From Magallana gigas (lineage: Eukaryota), in assembly GCF_963853765.1 (NCBI RefSeq), contig NC_088858.1:25110001-25174000 (forward strand): a stretch of DNA of 64,000 nucleotides, read 5' to 3'. A model generated the notes under the pieces. The model was not told the DNA's origin, did no database searches, and saw only the letters and a program-made list of their open reading frames with translations. This document shows, piece by piece, positions 25,796 to 38,900 of the stretch. Position 1 is the first letter of the stretch. Every line of letters starts with the position of its first letter. Made by a program: the position numbers and the translations under genes.

Positions 25796-26947
25796 TTATT
25801 GGTCTATCTCTCCGTCGGAAAAATCTGCAACTTCAATGTTCTCCTCACCAGCAGGAATTTTCTGTTTCATCCTTATGTTGATACAAATAGCGATTATCAA
25901 TATTATAAATAGAATGAATCCAAACAAAATCATACCTATAAGTGCTACTATCTTCATCTCACATTTGTAATTATTTATCTGATCAATGCAGTTTTCCAAA
26001 ACTCTACAAGGCTGCTGCAGGCACTCATTTATTTCATTCTCACACCATGTACCAGTATATCCCGGGTAGCAGATACATTTGTATAAATCAAAAGAAGTAG
26101 CTCTAGAGATATCATTACATGGTGGAGAATCATTGAATTTAGGAGAGCAAATACCATGGTCACATGGTGCTAATAAAATATAGATATGAGTTTCTAATCG
26201 TTCAGTGTAGAAGTTTTGGTTGTCATATCCTAAAATGTAAAAAAAGAAGTCTCCGTGAAAATCTTTGTCAAGTACCATTTCTGCGGAATATTCTTGATGT
26301 GTAAAAAGGTCTTTTTTTCCAAACAAGTCTGGAATGAATGGTAATGCACTATTCCGAATTATTTTGACATTTACTTCGTTAGGGTTGGTGACAGTTGACA
26401 AAAACGATAAGGTTTCATTCTGGTCAACATCTCCAAAGCCGAAATCAAACATATAGTGCGACGTTGCGTTGCCTTCAAATCGCAGCTCTAAACTTTTGTT
26501 CGCCATTACATCAAATGTTGTACTATTGTATAGAAAACCAAACACTGGCATATCATTAACTGCCGTTACACTAATGATAATACTTTTCTCGATTACCGCT
26601 GGTAATCTGGCATCATCTCGAAGTTGAATTGTTATACTTTCGTTCCCAAAGAAATCTTGTTTTGGTAAGTAAGTCAATTTTCCATCAAGTGACAGATTTG
26701 CAAATCCAGTTTTGGGTTTTTGAATTAGGAAGAATTGAACAGAATCAAGGTCATCATCATGATAAGGTATTCGGAAGTTGATAATCGGTGTATCTTCTTT
26801 TGTCACTATTGTTTCGATATCTATTACAGGTGGGGAGTTGTAGTACGATACATTCATAGCTGTTAGCGTAAATTGGTAAGGAATAATTAATTTTATTATT
26901 GTTGATCTTTTTTTCCTTGATGGCATTTGGAAGACGTGCATACATAT
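25796..26947 (-). other. Terminal exon of gene C: RKKR site, cadherin-like/Big_9 repeat(s), EGF, truncated EGF, TM helix and acidic tail of about 25 aa
   Basis: NSPPVI..EDTP..DDDLDSVQF..NDMPVF; PCDHGIC..CICYPGYTGTWC; INECLQQPC..CIDQINNYKCE; IVALIGMILFGFILFIILIIAICINI; stop at 25796. Confidence 0.85.
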
Positions 26948-29900
26948 CTGAAACAAATGTTGGTTTGAATTAAACAAAAAAGCTAATATCATTAAAACAC
27001 TTGATTTTCTTGGGGTTTTTCTTGGACATTATTGCTTTCAGTAAAATGTCATTTTGTACATCATATAAGTTTTTATTTGCAAAAAACTAATATTTTTAAA
27101 AAATCACTGGGATAGCTTCAGCAGCTTATATATACATGACTGATAAAATGATTTGAAGTACCTTAGCTTTGTATATTGTTCCTTCAATTTTAGGTTTTGT
27201 AATGTCTTCTCCACAATTTTCCTCCACATGACGCCATATTCCATATGCTGTAATTATTAACATCCCACCTTTATATTAGGAAATACCATTGTAATACTTT
27301 ATCTAACTATTATGCCAATAGATTTTCTTATATGGCTTTAATAAATACAATGTAGGTTTTATACTCAAAATTAAGACATTTCTAACTGAAAATATAAGGT
27401 ACAGTGTACATAGGTTGACCAAACAAATTGAACTTCTTTGTTAAGGAAATCACAAAATAAACTTCGATTTTGTAAACATAATCTGGGAAGCTATTCTGTT
27501 TAATCTGCGACTAATCAGAGATGCAACATATGAATATCACTTTGGAAAGTTCTAAAAAGGCAGAATTGATTTAAAAACTATTTTTGTTGTTATACATACT
27601 TTTTGTTTTGGAATTAAAGGTGTAACTATCCCATATGAGAAGAGCTGGAACTGTGTTATATTCAAAGTCTTGTGGATTGATTTTGATGTAAACTTCAATT
27701 CTTTCGACATCCATTTCCGGAGTAGGGGCAATAAAAAAGTTGATTCCAATCGGTTTTAAAATTCTGAAGCAAAATTGATCAACATTGTGAAAATCCTGCA
27801 TTTAAAAAAAGTCATTTCATCAAGCTAACTCGAAGCCAAATTGAATTATTTGATTTATTCATATCAACTTTCACATATTTTATTTATCTGGTTAACGGAT
27901 ATTTTTCATCCATACTAATACTTCAACACATACACAGTCATATATATGTAAACATGTGCATACACGAATTTTCAGTCTTTTTTGAATTTCGCCCGCATAT
28001 ATTTACTAGTAAATTAATATTTTCCTTCCATACATAGGACAACAAAGTAGTGCCTTTAAGCAAAATAGTCCCTATACTTGCAGAGTGTATATACATTTAT
28101 TGGGACATTTTAAATCAGAATGCTTGACACATGTCAGAAAAGAGGATTTGCAATTTTTAAAACAAGTGTCAAAATTGAATTATCATTTGAAGAAGAGAAT
28201 TGAAAATGTTTGATGTACACCCTTTCCAAAACTGAGAAATTCCCTACTTTTACTTTCATTTTCAGAGTTTTTTCAATACAGTTTTGTCGGAAAACGAATC
28301 TGACTTCAAACCACGAAATTTTAACAGGAAAGAGACAATTTGATGAGCTTTCATTCAAGAGGTCCCTCGTTGCTGAACGAAAATTAGGGCCGGAGCTATG
28401 AACCATAACGTTAACATTACCGCCTATGGAAAATGCATTAGTGGACTATACCCATACATTTTTTCTGTCTTCGGTGACGTATCATTTTAATGTTTCTTAT
28501 GCAATTATAAATAATAATAATAATTAGTTCTTCTTTTAACAAGAATTGTCTTTCAAGTCTTGGGTTATCTCCAGTTATATTTTTTTGTCTGGGCAATTGT
28601 GACTTGTCCGATTTTCATTTAAACCAACGCTGTTTATTTTTGATATTATACATCATTAAATAATTTGTAAAACTTCAGATCGGAATTTGGTTTCGACACA
28701 AGGCAAGCGAAATTGCATTTCTGGTAGTCCGTCCATAACTATCAAATTTCATATCTAATAGATTGGAAGTTTAATCAGTAAAATCTTAAAGTGATTTTAA
28801 GGGGTTTATTAAATAACAAATATTCATCTTTGAAATTATAAAAAAAATTGATTATTAACATATTTGTTATATGTTGAAGTTAACATTGAAGTCTATTGGA
28901 AAAAGTATTTTTAAATATAAAATTTAAGTACAAGTTATTTCCTCACATGACTCTTGGTAAAAATTTGATATTTCCTTTTCTTCTAATATCCTAAACTAAT
29001 TCATAAATTACCATATATATTTTTATAAAATGATTCTTTTTAATTTCATAACAGAAAAAAGTTTGTAGTGCAAAAAAAAATTCATTAAACTGACTATATA
29101 CATACTCCCGATTTGGGTTTATGTCAACATTATGATAATTTTAAAATACGTATTTGATGTAGTATTGCTCAATCAAAATTCGCCTTAGTTATGGATGGAC
29201 TACCTTATTACATTGATGTACAATAATGACAATATACTGAAATATCAAAATAAGCAGTGTCATTTTACCATATACATTTACATTGTATATTTTACAAAAT
29301 GATAAAAATGAAACAATTACACATACAAATATTATTAATGAAGTAATTTCTGTTAACATTGACGCCGAACGGCTCAGCCAGCTCAATCGGTTCATCAAAT
29401 CATATTGACATAACCAAAAGAAAAGGTTTGTTGAAACAGCATGTTTTATATTATATGTATGTTACATGTGATTTAAAAGTTATTAATTAGGGTTTTTTAA
29501 TATAATAAATATATCTTATAAAAAAAATAATCTAATCGCATGAAATTGCTTTTACAAATTAACATTACTAATATACATGTACAGGTGTGTATGTTACATA
29601 AACCTCGTTTGAAAGATTTTTGGTTTGTGTATGTAAAAGGCCTTGTCAGAATCATTATTATTTTTTTGCATTTGTTTTTCCTAAATAAAGAAGTTACATG
29701 ATTGGATAGGACAGGATAGTATAAGATAGTATCTGTAGGATAACATGCAAAATAAGGGATATGATAACATTGCAGAAAAATGGGGAGCTTTCAGGTGTGT
29801 GGCACTGTAGACATGCACGAACACACGTATGCAAATACATAGAAACATAAAAACAATTATGTGTACCGTATTTAGCAACTTCCAAAACTCGTCAGCTATG

Positions 29901-32900
29901 AAATCGTAAATATTTTCAAAATAAGCAAGAAAGTGAGAAAGATTGAAAAAAAGGAACAATAATTTGAACATTACATAATTATGAGTACTATACAGACTTA
30001 AATAATTAATGTTTATTTTACAACAACCATTCATGTTTAAAATTTAACTTCACTACGAAATGATGTTTATACAGAAAAATTAACCAATGCATATTTCAAT
30101 AATGCACAGTATTTCAATCCAGCAGTAGTCTTTATTTTCAATTTGGTTGATAAATACATCATTTGTGTCTTAATAAGATTGGGTACGGACAACACGCAAT
30201 AATGCGTGAATTACGTCAGTTGTTGTTCTGTGACGTATGGATATTTACCTTATTGATAATATAAACCCTTATTAAACTACCTCTAATTTATTTTCTTTAA
30301 AAAGTCTGCAAACAATTTTTTTAACAATGTTTAAAACAGTATCAAGGATTTAACACCCATTTTAGAATGCATTCATTTTCCTGAACATTTGTTTACATGT
30401 TATGTGATCAAATTTCTTCAAAATGTTAGTAATTAAATAATACTTCAAAAACTTTCGATTGAGCGAATATACAAAACGCCCGTTACCTTTTTCGAATTTC
30501 CCGCGTGGACGACCAGCTTGTAGTGTGAGGATTGATGATATACTTTCTAAAGCGATAAGATGAAGCTGATCCATATTCCGTGGTGAGATCAAAATCGGAT
30601 AAAGTTCCAACAGTAACACCCAAAACATAACCTTGGATATAAATAAGATTAAAAAAATGTTTATTCTAACACCTAAATAAAATTCTTTAATAAAACAATT
30701 TATGGAGACACGTGTATATCAAAACATTTATGAACGGATATAAACATTAATCATCGAAGTTACCTCTTAGCTGAATTACAACTATTTCATTTCCATTTAC
30801 ATGCTGTAATTCCTCAAATTTGTCATCAGAAATCCATCCAATTATTGTTGAGATTTTAGAATGTTTATGAATAACCAAATCTTTGTCTTTCCCTATGGTA
30901 CAAAAAGAGTGAAAATGTCAAGAATTATGTTTTTTAAATATACATTGCTTTTTGTTACTCATGTTGACTTACTTATGAAACAGAGTTGATTAGTTGAGAT
31001 ATTAGCTTCCAAATGAGAATATCCAACTGCAATTAAAGAAAGATAAACACATCGCCCAGGTTCCATAAAAAACTGGAAATCGCTTTCTGTTTTGATTATC
31101 TCTTTGTTGGTTGAATTTCGCCAAATATTTTGGGATAGTGAAGCTATAGATTTCCCTGTCTTGTTGCCATTTAACCACAATTCTCCACCAATTACTTGGG
31201 CACTTCCTTCTTTAGTCAGTCCTATGATAGTTTTTGGAATTATATCGGCGCCGTCTTTGTAAGTGCCCATTTGCCATTCTAAAATGGTTAACATAATATT
31301 TATTATAATTAAAAATGACAATGCAATGCAATCTTTTATTGGCTCTTTCTATACTCACTATATAACTCGGCATCATAAATATAACGCTTGGTGTTCCATT
31401 TGACCCCAAATCGGTCTAGTGAGCCCATAAACACAACACCTGTTTGGTTATCAAATTCCAAGGAATGCATTATTTGTGAATCAGTAGTGGACACATCAGG
31501 CGGTGAAAGAATTGTGGAAACGTTACAACTGTACACAGCTGAGAGACCGGCACCATTATAAACCAAAATATTTACAAAATAAGTTGTTCTGTCATCAAAG
31601 TATATATTATCATCCAAGTCTATTCGAACTTTCGAAACATGTCCAATCTCCTTTTGTTCATATTTATCGTCGTCCATTTTACTGCCCTTATTATCCTTTT
31701 CAGTCCCAACTTTGACATAAATGTTCTTTATTCCACTTATATTGTCGATACATGACCAGTAGGCACCTATGGTTTTGTTAGAACCTAATGTTTGGGTTGG
31801 TGTTTCCATTCCTGTGAAAACTGGGTCCAAGCATTGAATATACTCACAAACGGGTGGTGTTATATCGATGATAACAGGGTTTGTAGAACTCGTAACTGAC
31901 TGACCGGCAAAATTTATCATTTTTACATTAACTTAATACTGCACAATTGATAGAATTTCAGTTTGCATAGTTGAATTTAATCCGTCATTCGAAAGAACTG
32001 TTGGCATCAAATTTAAATTTTGAATGTTAATTTGTAACATTTCAAATTCATTGACTTTATTATCGTCGAAGGAACAATTTGCGTCACAACTGAAATAACA
32101 ATTAAACATGCAAGGTGTGCACATTTTTCTATATAACGTCATTTCATGAATATTGCCTGGAGTATTGACATTGTCTGAAACACCTGCCCATATTTCTGAA
32201 ATTCCACTTTCTTTATCATAGAATCCCGCTCCATATATGCAGTCCATAGTATTATTAGAAGGTATTTTCAATTTAAAGAGAATTGCTTGAGATCTAAAAG
32301 GATGAATAGGATCTTTTAATGGCTCTCGATAATCATTAAAATTCCATGTTTGGACAAAAATAGTGAGATTGCTTTCATCAGTAGTCAGTCCATATATATT
32401 GGCCTTTTCTTCTCCGTCAATTGAAAATTGTAAATCCAGTACAATTTTATCATTAGAGTTTCTCTTTTTCATCTTAATGCTATACTGAAGTTGTGAATCA
32501 ACAGGGTTCGTTTTTATATCTACCCATCTGTGAATTTCTCCGTATGCATCTTTTGCCCAAAACAGACAGTCCCATTTATCACTTTCTTGCTGTTGATCTC
32601 CTAATATTTGAAATCCGAATCCATGGGAAACATCTTTATTAATACTTTCGTATATTGGTCCAGTCTTATTAACGGCTGCTGAAATAGGAGGTGATATTGT
32701 CTCTGCTATTGATGGGTCATCTGTAGTATTCAACAGATTTGGGTCATTTGCATTTCCATTCTCAAATTCAGAAATGTTAAAGGCGACATCATCAAAATAG
32801 GTTGGATTAGATCTTATAAAGGTTTTTGGGAAAAATGGATTTTCTTTTGAAGCTGATATCATAACTGAAGTTGAAATATTTTTTCCTTCTGCAGACGACA

Positions 32901-35900
32901 GTACTATAGAAATTGTTCCATCATACGGGGCTCCTATTAAACGTCTAATTCCACTCTTCTGTATTTTAGTGAGTGGAACATTATACCCGATTTTAAGGAT
33001 ATATTTGTCTTTATATCTTCTTACGTTGCTTGGCGAGAAGTCTCCCGATAGAGATGTCCATGCAAATTCATCTCTGGAAGGGAAAATTGTCCTTGTATTA
33101 TCACAAAGATAGGCATCTTCTGTCTTTGCAATTGCTGTCAAAGCTTCAATTGTCGATGTGGAAGACTGATACAATTTTTCATGAGCCCAATCATTTCCAA
33201 TTTTTGTTGAACCTACAGATGGCGAACTAGTGTCCAGTAACATAACTGGACTGCTAAATTGGGATTGAAGCCCAGCGTTATTGCTTGCTGTTACATCAAT
33301 GTAATAGTATCGATGTGGTTGTAACTCTAAACTTTTCATTCTTACTTTTGGGTCTTTTAGGGCTTTAACTTCTATAAGAATAAATGAACTCTGTTTTTCA
33401 GATGTTGGACAGTCCACGTATTCATTCAATCGAAAAGTTATAATGTCAATTCCACTTTCAGGGTCTTCCAATTCAAACAGCTGTATTTCAATTTCATTTG
33501 CATCTGTTACAAAGAACTGCTTCAATCCACTAACGTTCCACTGATTAATCATGAATGTAATATTACTGTTAATAGGCGGTGTCGTGTCAATTAAAATGAG
33601 CTTGCTCTCCGAAGAAGAGCATTGCCCAATTTCATCTCTTGCAATTACAGTAATGTAATACAAAATTCCGTGATGAAGAGTTAGGTTTTTAAGAGTTACA
33701 AAAGTATCAAGTCCAACTTTCAGCATGTATACATCAAACATAACAAAACCATTTTGAAAATCATAACATGAATAAGTGTTATTATTTCGTGTAACTTGTT
33801 TGGTAGATATACCTACAATATACTCATTTATCCCGATATCTGATTGATAATCAGTCCATGATAAAGTGATTTCACTTTCACTTCTCTGAAATTCGTTCAC
33901 TTCTATTGATCCTGGAATAATACTTAAACGGTATCCCACTCGTACACCGTTGGAATAACTTTCCGCATATTCTCCTGTTTTACTATATCCTCTCACAATT
34001 ACAAAATAAAGTACATTTTTGGATGTCAGATTTACATCAGTGAATGTGTAACTTTTATTCAAACCAACATTTGTAAAATTATAAACGCTAGTGGTTTTTG
34101 TGTCCTCCCCTATAGAAATTTCATAGTAAGCAATCTGCTGCGAATGATCATTAGACAGCTCGTCACCAAACGCATCCCAATTTGCTGAAAGGTCTGTTGT
34201 TGATTCTTGGTAATCAATATCATTGTGATCGAGCCCATCTCTTACAAAACCGAAAGTTGGCAGTTGGATTTTAACTGTTATACCATCTGATTTGCCAATG
34301 TATGTGCGATTTGATGCATCAGTTAGCCTTACTATGACAAAGTAACAAAAATTATTCTTCAAGTCAAGCTCATCGTTGTAAAAGAAATGGTCATTCCATT
34401 GTATCTCTGTGAAGTTAAGGACAATATTTCCAGTTAAATCCTCCACGCACCATTCCGATCTTATAACAGGACAATCGCCAGAATAGACATAGCTGAAAGT
34501 GCCTATAAAAGTATCAAATAAAAAAAAAGGTATTTATTATTAGCTTGCATCAATAAAACTGCACTAATAAAAACATAATTTTGATTATCTAATTTATTGA
34601 TTGTTTGATGTTTCACGTCCCATCAATATTAGCTATTTCACGAAAGGTCTTCAAAATTAGTTTGATTTGTGTCATTCGAATGATGACAAACATATTACTC
34701 TCGGTATAATCATATTTTGCAACTTGCCTTGAATTACATGGCGGTTATTCTGGTAGTCTAAATCTTTGCCACCTGTTCCATCCAAAACTTTAATGATGGG
34801 ATCAAAACTTAAACTGATTTGAATTTCTTCTGATGTCAAAACATTATGGAGTCCAACTTTGTTAAAAGCTCTGACTGTGGCATAAATCTGTGTTCCAGGT
34901 AACAAAGAAATACCATCAATAGTTACATGTGTTTCAGTCAGGTCTTGATAGTCCTTGATATCGTTCAACCCAGGTTTACTTCCAAGGCAAATCTCAGCTC
35001 TAACAAAATAATTGTTTGATAATCAGTTAAAGCTTTTTTGATCTATTTATTTTACTATAGTTTGTTTTCCATAAAAATGATATAATTTGATCAAACTTTA
35101 CTGTTACTTTACACCAAAACATATATTTGGTGATGATAATGTAAACCATCACATTTTAGAGAACTACTTTGAAAATTAGTATTGAGCTCTTAAAAAGACA
35201 GATCTGGTAGTTACATCAATATTGCACTTCTGTATTTCAGAATAATTAAGCCGGTCTTATCTGAAAGCAAAATCCACCTGTAAGCAGGTATGAAGCATTT
35301 GACAGTGATTTATTTGCAATTTATTTTTTACTTTTTGTATATAGTAATGTAAAGAACTATTGATTAAATGTTATGTTTGCAATCACATATAACAATCGTT
35401 CCTTAAATCTATAAACACCAAATATATAGCATGTGTCAAGCCTTGCTTAAGTTCTAATTGGACAACCTTTTAGAATTAGAATCCTTCTTTTTTTGCAAAA
35501 AAGACATACCTATCTAAGCCAGATTCTTTATCCTCTAAGACCGATATACTGACATCCACGTATGTTTGGGGTTGTTGGCATATCTGTTTGACACGTTGTT
35601 TATCGGGATTTATCCACGTTACAAATGTAACGTTTTCAATTATAGGTGCTGAAGAATCAATATCAATCTGAAACGTTTCCGTTAGAGACTGATTCAATAC
35701 ATTTTTTACAGTAAGGGTGGCATAAATTACAGAGAGATGTTCAAGTTTGAAAGAGTTCTTAACATCAACACTGTACGTATTTATATTAGAAGGCAAAGTG
35801 GTGTTTCTGATGATATCATCAGATAGCTCCCTGGAACCAATGCTGATTATTACTTGCTTTAGCGCACTTTCTTCCTCTTTATGTATCCATGAACATTTTA

Positions 35901-38900
35901 CTACAGAAAGTTTTGTTGAAATCACGTTTGTGCAACTGAAGACCTGAATGAAAGGTGGGGAAATATCTGCAACAATTGGCACAGATATACCTGTTGCAGA
36001 AAACTCAACAACATCCATTGCATGAACTGTCACAAATAATGACTCCCCTGCTCTTGGTAAAAATACACCGGGCTCTATTTTCGACTTTAAAGATGGCCGT
36101 AAAGGAAGTTTATCATGTTTAAGCGGTAGTGTTCCGACCGAGAAATTAATGTATCGGAGTAAAGACAGATCACTTACATTCCATCTGTACTCAAATGAAT
36201 CAAGATATGCCTGATATATATTTTGAGAATTAGAATCAAAAAAGGTTCCCTCATCATGTGATGGTAATATATTCGATATCATTGGAGGACTGAAATCGGT
36301 GGTTATTCCGTCGGATGTCGATACGATATATTCTTCATGACAATTATGTCCTGTTTTTGCCTTTACTGTTACATAATACGTTTTGTTTTCGTCTAATTGA
36401 ACGTGAGTTTGTGCTTTTCCGTGAGTTTCATTGTAAACAAGGCCATACTTGCTATACTGATATATATCGCTATGGTATGGCTGCGATCCTATTGCCCATT
36501 CATATCCAATTATATTACATGCTTCACTTTCAAAGCCCTGGAAATGCATTCCAATACTAAACTTATCATTTGTACTGTCTTTGTCCACGTTTTGTTCACG
36601 CCCATCGCAAATTACTCCTGGTACGTTTTCTTTTACGATTTTGATTGGTTTGGAAAACATTGGATTTGATAAAATACCAGCACCATTTTCGGCTTTGACG
36701 GCTACATGGTATATTATACCGTATTTATCAAATGACAATAATTGAACGTTTATATCAGCTGAAGTTTCTATACCCATATCAATATAACCGTTGGTCACGC
36801 TTGTATCCCCTTGTCTCGTTCCAATAGCAACAAAAAACTTTTTAATGTTACTCTGTGGATCCTCTCCGACCCAACTCACTCTTAAAGATTTGGAATTCGC
36901 ATATTGAACAAATCCATCTTCAATTTCTTCATCTTCATCCGAAAGACCCAAATAAACCTTTGATAAATATAGAGAATAAAGAGAAATTACCCAGTCTACG
37001 TTTAAAACAATAACATTATCCGAATCAAAACAACTTGCTTAAAAGAAATATTGGTCTTACCTTTAACATTATTGGTGGAGTCGGGTCAATAGTTACACCA
37101 TTTGATTCGTGAGCTGTTGACAGTTGAGCTTGGTTGATAGCTGTGACGTGTACTGAGTATGTAGCGCCTGATACAAGTTTTTCAGTATAATAAATTTCTG
37201 TAGGCTGTGATGTCAAACTTGGTGGTATTGAAATGTACATGGATGTCTTTGGCCACACCCGTTTTTTTATCCCATGCATTAACTCAAAAACAGAATATCG
37301 ATACTCCTTTATCCCCGATTCCTTGTCTTGATATTGCCATCGCAGTGTCAGACTGCTGTCATCAATCTGATAGCTCAATCTTAAATTGTTGTCTTCAATA
37401 AACACTAAATTTGGTGGCGTGTGATCAACAGTAAAACCGTCCGTTTTAACAGCTACTGCAAGGCCTGCTTTATTAAAGCTTTCAATTCTAAAATGCACAG
37501 TATCACCATGTTGCATACTTACAGAATTGTCAGTCAAGTGAGTGTGGTTTGTAGGGTTAAACGTTTTAACCCTTGCATTGTTAATGTAAATTGATACGAC
37601 ATAGTTATCGATTCCAGATTCTGGATCTGTAAAATTGTTCCATGAAACAATTTTAGTGGATATTTCTGATGAAAATACCGAATCTTTTTTTAAGTTTGAG
37701 CCATCTACAGCATAACCTGGGATTGGAGGTGTTGTATCAACGAGAACTAAAAGTGATGAGAAGATCAATATTGTGTATATTAGAATGGGAATGGTATCAA
37801 ACCTAGTAATTTCAAATACAAGTGTGTTTATAGCATGCATTATTTTAGGTTTCATTATCACAATTAATTTTATTTACATGTACTATGTTTTAAAATTTGT
37901 TTTAAAGAATCAGAAAGGAATGATTTGTTGTGAGATGCCATGACTTACCTCCATTGGAAGAACTCTTCGAATGTTTAGAATTAAGAGCGGCATTAAAGAC
38001 AATCAATGTGGAATAATACTTTGTGTTGTGCTTAAGAACAGTACTAACACATGCAGATATTGTATTGTGTGAAAAAGTGCGAAACACCATCACGTTGTCC
38101 CTTAAATGCAATATTTTTAGTGGGATATAATATTTAGCATGATATTCTTGATACATGCTGTTTATTAAAATCCAAGTGAAAGTCAACTCTTTTTTCACCG
38201 TCTCTTTTAAAATTATCATGGATAATGAAAAATATTCAAATATGTAGAGGATACAAAGAGTATGAGTTTTAAATATTCCCTTAAAATTTTATAATTAGAA
38301 TGATAGACAAAATTTTACTGGTCAATTCCGGACTCAGGATCATGGAAACCAGTCCACTGAACACAAATTTCTTTGTTACTGGATTGGTAAGTTATGTCTC
38401 GAAAATGGATTTTTCCATCTATAACGAACCCCACAATTGGTGGCGATCTGTCAATTATGAAAGGCTTTGAACCACTGTCCGCTTTAAATAGGCCAACTAT
38501 GGACAAACAAAACAAAAAGTTTGTATTCAAGCAATGTCTTAAAAAACTAATTACAATGTTTGTAGAGTTATTAAATTTTAATGCTATTGCATGATGTTTT
38601 ATACAACTTACAATTTAAGTAATATTGCTTTTTTTGTTTTCCAGTACGAAGCCATTACTTTTAATCGCCGAACGCTTTCTTTTATTAAACTTTTCATATT
38701 ATTTAAACGTTTATAAGTGTCATAAGGTGTCAATATCTTATAAGGTTGAAAACAAAATTCAAATGGAAAGTAATAATTTATGTTATTTGTAACTTATTTT
38801 ATTATTTAAATAAAATATAGCCGATATGTTTCACATTTTGAGAGGCCCAATTTAATGTAGTTTTTATCATAAATAATATTCACTCATTCTTAACTGTTCG

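Noticed and set aside
22558-25796. B and C forming one Hedgling-like gene (Hedge plus cadherin, EGF, TM)
   Set aside because: They are on opposite strands, converge tail-to-tail and each has its own stop codon.
29681-30034. 117-aa and 63-aa minus-strand ORFs in the unresolved gene C interval
   Set aside because: Low-complexity hydrophobic translation with no phase-compatible splice sites or recognisable motifs.
33030-38594. Plus-strand ORFs overlapping gene C exons (33030, 35747, 36315, 36397, 37207, 38394)
   Set aside because: Short antisense shadows of real coding exons with no independent features.
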